Of a stretch of 64,000 bases of DNA, positions 53,605-64,000 are shown in pieces (the stretch's first letter is position 1; each line of letters begins with the position of its first letter). Made by a program: the position numbers and the translations under genes. The stretch is from Escherichia coli O127:H6 str. E2348/69 (GTDB lineage: Bacteria > Pseudomonadota > Gammaproteobacteria > Enterobacterales > Enterobacteriaceae). The stretch lies in assembly GCF_000026545.1 (NCBI RefSeq), contig NC_011601.1. One strand, given 5' to 3'. The notes under the pieces are model-generated. The model had not been told where the DNA came from. It saw nothing but the letters and a program-made list of their open reading frames with translations, and made no database searches.

Positions 53605-55689
53605 CTACTTCTTCTTCGCTGCCGCTCTGCGCCGTCTGTCCAAATCCTTCAGCAACTTGTTCACGCCATCATCGGCAAACATCGTCTCAAGCGTTGCGGA
53701 AAGCTTGCGTCGCCAGTTTTTGTACTGGTAGCTGGTGCCAGGAATATTTACCGGTTCGGCCATATCCAGCCAGTCTTCTGGCTGAAGCCCTAACAGAGCA
53801 CTGTTACTATCAGCGATATAACGTTGCAAACCACGATTAAGCATCGGCGTCATCGACATTAACGATGCCTTATGCCCCGCACGTTTTGGCAGGCAACCAT
53901 GTTTATGCAGTGCATCCAGCAACCCTTGCTTCGCCAGTTCGCGATCCTGATACAGACCGCGCAATACCACTTCATCCGGGTACAGCCCCAGCGTTTTACC
54001 CAGTGTTAAATCCCCGCTCTCCCAGTAGCCACGCAGTGTAGGCAGGTCGTGTGTCGCCGCAACCGCCATCGACTGCTCCGGATACGCTTTCGGCGCGCGG
54101 AATGTCTTCTCGTGGTCGCTTTCGAAATAGAGCACTTTGTAGGAGTACACACCGCTGCTGCGCAGTTTACCGACAATCTCTACCGGTACAGTGCCGAGGT
54201 CTTCACCAATCACCATGCAGCGATGGCGCTTACTTTCGAGTGCCAGAATCGAGAGCAGATCATCTACCGGATAGTGAACATACGCGCCCTGATCTGCCGT
54301 CTCGCCATACGGTATCCACCACAAACGCAGCATCGACATCACGTGATCAATTCGTAATGCGCCGCAGTTTTGCATATTGGCACGCAACAGCTCGATAAAC
54401 GGTTCATAGGCACGCGCGGTGATGATATGCGGGTCCATTGGCGGCAATCCCCAGTTCTGCCCCAACGGGCCGAGGATATCCGGCGGCGCGCCAACCGACG
54501 CTTTCAGGCAATACAGTTCACGGTCGCACCAGGTTTCTGCCCCACCTTCTGCTACACCAACGGCCAGATCACGATACAAGCCAATCGGCATTTCATAGCC
54601 CTGGCTTATCTCCCAGCAGGCGGCAAACTGGCTGTAAGCCAGCCACTGCAACCAGAGATAAAAATCGACGTCATCACGATGTTCTTCGCAGAACTGGCGC
54701 ACTTCTGGTGAATCCACGTTCTGATACATCTCTGGCCATGCTGGCCAGCCCCAGCGCATTTCGTCCTCTTTCACTTGCTGGGCATGTAGCGCATCAAAGG
54801 CTGCCTGCCAGAACAGGCTGTCGCCCTGCTCTGCAACAAACTGGCGAAACGCGGTCATCTGCTCATCATCACGTTGCGCGAAACCTTTCCACGCCATTCG
54901 TAATGCTGTCATTTTTAGGGTGGTAACCGTGGAGTAATCAACCCAGTCGGCATCCCGCGCCTGTTGCAGCGTCTGTTGCGTGGTCGGCAACTTCCACCAG
55001 GCCAGAGCCTCTTCGCTAAGATGGAAATCTTCAACGGCGTTAACGTCGATATAAATCACATTCAGCCAACGGCGAGAAGACGGGCTATACGGGCTGGCAC
55101 TTTCCGGATTTGCCGGATAGAGCGCATGAATCGGGTTCAGACCGATGAACGACCCGCCACGTTTTGCCACATCCACCAGCATCGCTTTGAGATCGCCAAA
55201 ATCCCCAATACCCCAGTTTTTTTCCGATCGCAGCGTATAAAGCTGAACGCAGGCACCCCACAGCTTTTGTTTGTTCAGCAACGCCTGCGGTTCGTAACAG
55301 CGTTTCGGGGCGACAATCACCCGGCAATGCGCGCGCTGGTCGTCCTGGGTGAGTATCAGCGTGTGATAACCTTCCGGCAGCTTCGTCGGTAGATTGAACG
55401 CTTTGCCCCCCGTTACATGGCCTTTGTACTGCGTTCCTTCTTCGGTGGTCAGCAGCCAGCTATATTCGCCGCTGCCCTCCACCACCATCGGCATTTTTTT
55501 GCCGCTGGTATAAACCATGACATTCGGGACTGGTGTTACCGCCACTTTCGTGGCGGTACGTTGATGCATCGCGTCAAGCAAACGCCGTTTGGTTTCGGCG
55601 CTAATCGACTGCGGTTTACCGTGGGCATTGATGTAATTGGGGCTAATCCCCGCCGCCAGCGCGGCATTATCCAGACGTTTGCTTTCCAT
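53605..55689 (-). CDS. malQ: 4-alpha-glucanotransferase (amylomaltase) MalQ, 694 aa
   Basis: ORF 53605..55689 (-), 694 aa. Confidence 0.96.
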   Translation of the reverse strand: MESKRLDNAALAAGISPNYINAHGKPQSISAETKRRLLDAMHQRTATKVAVTPVPNVMVYTSGKKMPMVVEGSGEYSWLLTTEEGTQYKGHVTGGKAFNLPTKLPEGYHTLILTQDDQRAHCRVIVAPKRCYEPQALLNKQKLWGACVQLYTLRSEKNWGIGDFGDLKAMLVDVAKRGGSFIGLNPIHALYPANPESASPYSPSSRRWLNVIYIDVNAVEDFHLSEEALAWWKLPTTQQTLQQARDADWVDYSTVTTLKMTALRMAWKGFAQRDDEQMTAFRQFVAEQGDSLFWQAAFDALHAQQVKEDEMRWGWPAWPEMYQNVDSPEVRQFCEEHRDDVDFYLWLQWLAYSQFAACWEISQGYEMPIGLYRDLAVGVAEGGAETWCDRELYCLKASVGAPPDILGPLGQNWGLPPMDPHIITARAYEPFIELLRANMQNCGALRIDHVMSMLRLWWIPYGETADQGAYVHYPVDDLLSILALESKRHRCMVIGEDLGTVPVEIVGKLRSSGVYSYKVLYFESDHEKTFRAPKAYPEQSMAVAATHDLPTLRGYWESGDLTLGKTLGLYPDEVVLRGLYQDRELAKQGLLDALHKHGCLPKRAGHKASLMSMTPMLNRGLQRYIADSNSALLGLQPEDWLDMAEPVNIPGTSYQYKNWRRKLSATLETMFADDGVNKLLKDLDRRRRAAAKKK

Positions 55690-55698
55690 CGAGCTTCC

Positions 55699-58116
<2,418 letters not shown>

Positions 58117-58161
58117 TCAACACAACGTTATCGCTAGTTTGCCAGGCTCGATGTTGACCTT

Positions 58162-58206
58162 CCTCATCCTGCGGGGGATTAGGCAGGGAGGAGTTGCGGG
58201 GATGAG
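58162..58206 (-). promoter_or_regulatory. MalT boxes of the malPQ promoter
   Basis: cctcatcc (reverse complement GGATGAGG, 58162-58169) and ggggatgagc (58197-58206) match the MalT box consensus GGGGA(T/G)GAGG; located 70-115 bp upstream of the malP ATG on the minus strand. Confidence 0.65.
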
Positions 58207-58707
58207 CAAGGAAATGTGATCTCGACCACTTAAAGCTAGTGCAAACCACAGGATTAGCAGCAAATCAATGCTATACAGCGCAGAAAATCTGTATCTAAGT
58301 GCAAAAAATGGCCGTTGCGTATTTTCAAAAAGCGGAAGGTAACTCTATAAATTAAGTAAAGGGGTGAAACAGTTTCATAAGTAAAATATCAAGTGTGCTC
58401 CATCTCATTCTTAATAGATTTATTAAGATCATCTTTTTAGATGGCACTTTCATCAGAAATGAAGAAGAAACCCTTGCTTAAATGAAACTGATGAACATAA
58501 GGAAAATACCGTACAACCCAGTATTCACGCTGGATCAGCGTCGTTTTAGGTGAGTTGTTAATAAACATTTGGAATTGTGACACAGTGCAAATTCAGACAC
58601 ATAAAAAAACGTCATCGCTTGCATTAGAAAGGTTTCTGGCCGACCTTATAACCATTAATTACGAAGCGCAAAAAAATAATATTTCCTCATTTTCCACAGT
58701 GAAGTGA

Positions 58708-61419
<2,712 letters not shown>

Positions 61420-61423
61420 GTTT

Positions 61424-61449
61424 AGCCGGATAATGCATTGGATCCGGCT
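61424..61449. terminator. Hairpin between convergent malT and rtcA
   Basis: agccggat-aatgcattgg-atccggct (8-bp stem), 5 nt after the malT stop. Confidence 0.5.
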
Positions 61450-61461
61450 TACATCTTTATA

Positions 61462-62481
<1,020 letters not shown>

Positions 62482-63708
62482 TTATCCTTTTACGCACACC
62501 ACCTGACGCAGGGTATAGATAACTTCCACCAGATCGCTTTGTGCCGCCATCACCGCATCAATATCTTTATACGCCATCGGGATTTCGTCGATCACTTCGG
62601 CATCTTTACGGCATTCCACATGCGCGGTGGCACGAATTTGATCTTCCACGCTGAACAGTTTTTTCGCTTTAGTACGGCTCATTACCCGCCCGGCACCGTG
62701 GCTGCACGAACAGAACGACTCTTCATTTCCCAGCCCACGGACAATAAAGCTTTTCGCCCCCATCGAACCGGGAATAATTCCATATTGACCAGCACGCGCA
62801 GACACCGCGCCTTTACGCGTCACATAGATCTCTTCGCTAAAGTGCTGTTCTTTTTGCACATAGTTGTGGTGACAGTTGATCTCTTCCATCGCCAGCGTTT
62901 GTGGCTGTCTTACCGTTTTCTGCGTAACGCTCTGCAACGCCGTTACCACGTTTTCCATCATCGCATCGCGGTTAAGGCTGGCAAAAAGCTGCGCCCAGGC
63001 CACCGCTTTCAGGTAATCGTCAAAATATTCCGTACCTTCCATAAAGTACGCCAGGTCACGCGATGGCAACGTTTCAAGTGTTTCCTGCATCTCTTTTTGC
63101 GCCAGATCGATAAAGTAAGTCCCGATGGCATTACCAATTCCGCGTGAACCGGAGTGCAGCATAATCCACACCTGATCCGACTCATCAAGGCAAATTTCAA
63201 TAAAGTGGTTACCCGTTCCCAGCGTTCCCAGGTGTTTATAGTTATTGGTATTAAGGAAACGCGGATATTTTTGCGTTAACCACTGATAACCGGCTTCAAG
63301 CTCAGCCCATTTCGCATCGACGTTAACAGGCGGTTTTTCCCATGCGCCTTTATCACGTTTACAACGGCCTGTGGTACGCCCATGCGGCACGGCAGCTTCA
63401 ATCGCCTGACGCAGCTCCGCCAGGTTTTCAGGCAGGTCAGCCGCCGTTAACGCGGTACGCAGCGCGTTCATTCCACAACCGATATCTACCCCCACCGCCG
63501 CCGGAATAATCGCTCCTTTGGTTGGGATCACGCTACCAATGGTGGAACCTTTACCCAGATGTACATCAGGCATTACCGCAATATGTTTGAAAATAAACGG
63601 CATCTTCGCCGTATTTATCAGTTGCTGACGCGCATCGTCTTCTACCGGTACGCCTTTGGTCCACATTTTTACCGGGACATTTTCAGTGGTCAGTAATTCG
63701 TAATTCAT
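62482..63708 (-). CDS. rtcB: RNA-splicing ligase RtcB, 408 aa
   Basis: ORF 62482..63708 (-), 408 aa (MNYELLTTENVPVKMWTKGVPVEDDARQQL...). Confidence 0.95.
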   Translation of the reverse strand: MNYELLTTENVPVKMWTKGVPVEDDARQQLINTAKMPFIFKHIAVMPDVHLGKGSTIGSVIPTKGAIIPAAVGVDIGCGMNALRTALTAADLPENLAELRQAIEAAVPHGRTTGRCKRDKGAWEKPPVNVDAKWAELEAGYQWLTQKYPRFLNTNNYKHLGTLGTGNHFIEICLDESDQVWIMLHSGSRGIGNAIGTYFIDLAQKEMQETLETLPSRDLAYFMEGTEYFDDYLKAVAWAQLFASLNRDAMMENVVTALQSVTQKTVRQPQTLAMEEINCHHNYVQKEQHFSEEIYVTRKGAVSARAGQYGIIPGSMGAKSFIVRGLGNEESFCSCSHGAGRVMSRTKAKKLFSVEDQIRATAHVECRKDAEVIDEIPMAYKDIDAVMAAQSDLVEVIYTLRQVVCVKG

Positions 63709-63744
63709 TTTATTTTTCTCTTTTCGTTGTTTGCTGTCCAGATA

Positions 63745-63761
63745 ATTGCAACCGTCGTGCC
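63745..63761 (-). promoter_or_regulatory. Sigma-54 (-24/-12) promoter of rtcBA
   Basis: The minus strand reads TGGCACgacggTTGCA, a perfect match to TGGCAC-N5-TTGCA, 37-53 nt upstream of the rtcB ATG. Confidence 0.85.
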
Positions 63762-63896
63762 AGAAAATTAAATGAGTAGATTAATTTTTTAATTCATTGT
63801 TTTTAAATAGATAAAATCTTTACGTCCGTAAACGGAGATTTCCCACAAAGCCAATTTTCCGATAATGAAATATCGTCTTTTATAAGGATATCTAAG

Positions 63897-64000
63897 ATGC
63901 GTAAAACAGTGGCTTTTGGCTTTGTCGGCACCGTACTGGATTATGCCGGGCGCGGCAGTCAGCGATGGTCGAAATGGCGTCCGTCACTCTGTCTATGCCA
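63897..64000 (+). CDS. rtcR: Sigma-54-dependent activator RtcR, N-terminal fragment (continues beyond window end)
   Basis: ATG 63897 gives MRKTVAFGFVGTVLDYAGRGSQRWSKWRPSL...; divergent from rtcBA. Confidence 0.85.
   Translation, partial: MRKTVAFGFVGTVLDYAGRGSQRWSKWRPSLCLC

Overview
This window reads as a contiguous stretch of Escherichia coli (or very close Escherichia/Shigella) core chromosome, with about 60 genes I recognise from their translated products. Gene order is: argD' (5' end only), pabA, fic-yhfG, ppiA, tsgA, nirBDC-cysG, yhfL, the yhfS-yhfT-yhfU-php-yhfW-yhfX-yhfY-yhfZ cluster, trpS-gph-rpe-dam-damX-aroB-aroK, hofQPONM, mrcA, nudE, igaA, yrfG, hslR-hslO, yhgE, pckA, a small strain-specific island, envZ-ompR, greB, tex, feoABC, yhgA (rpnA), bioH, gntX, nfuA, gntT, malQ-malP, malT, rtcA-rtcB and the start of rtcR. 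I found no rRNA, tRNA, CRISPR array, prophage or IS element. Identifications come from reading the six-frame translations and from memory of the E. coli K-12 map; no database search or alignment was run. I did not find a clearly novel system. The most notable observations are: (1) an ~0.8 kb insert between pckA and envZ carrying a decayed HigB-2/RelE-like toxin gene (premature TAG plus a frameshift) next to an intact HTH antitoxin gene; (2) the eight-gene yhfS-yhfZ cluster, which is intact and, to my knowledge, functionally unassigned; (3) the frlABCDR operon that K-12 carries between yhfL and yhfS appears absent here; (4) hofP is split by a 1-nt change in a homopolymer run; (5) a small Rpn-C-terminal-like ORF with an in-frame TAA downstream of yhgA; (6) Fic here carries a non-canonical active-site motif. 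The remainder is ordinary housekeeping sequence with recognisable regulatory sites (FNR and NarL/NarP sites at nirB, MalT boxes at malP, GntR operators at gntT, a sigma-54 promoter for rtcBA, REP/BIME repeats and hairpin terminators).
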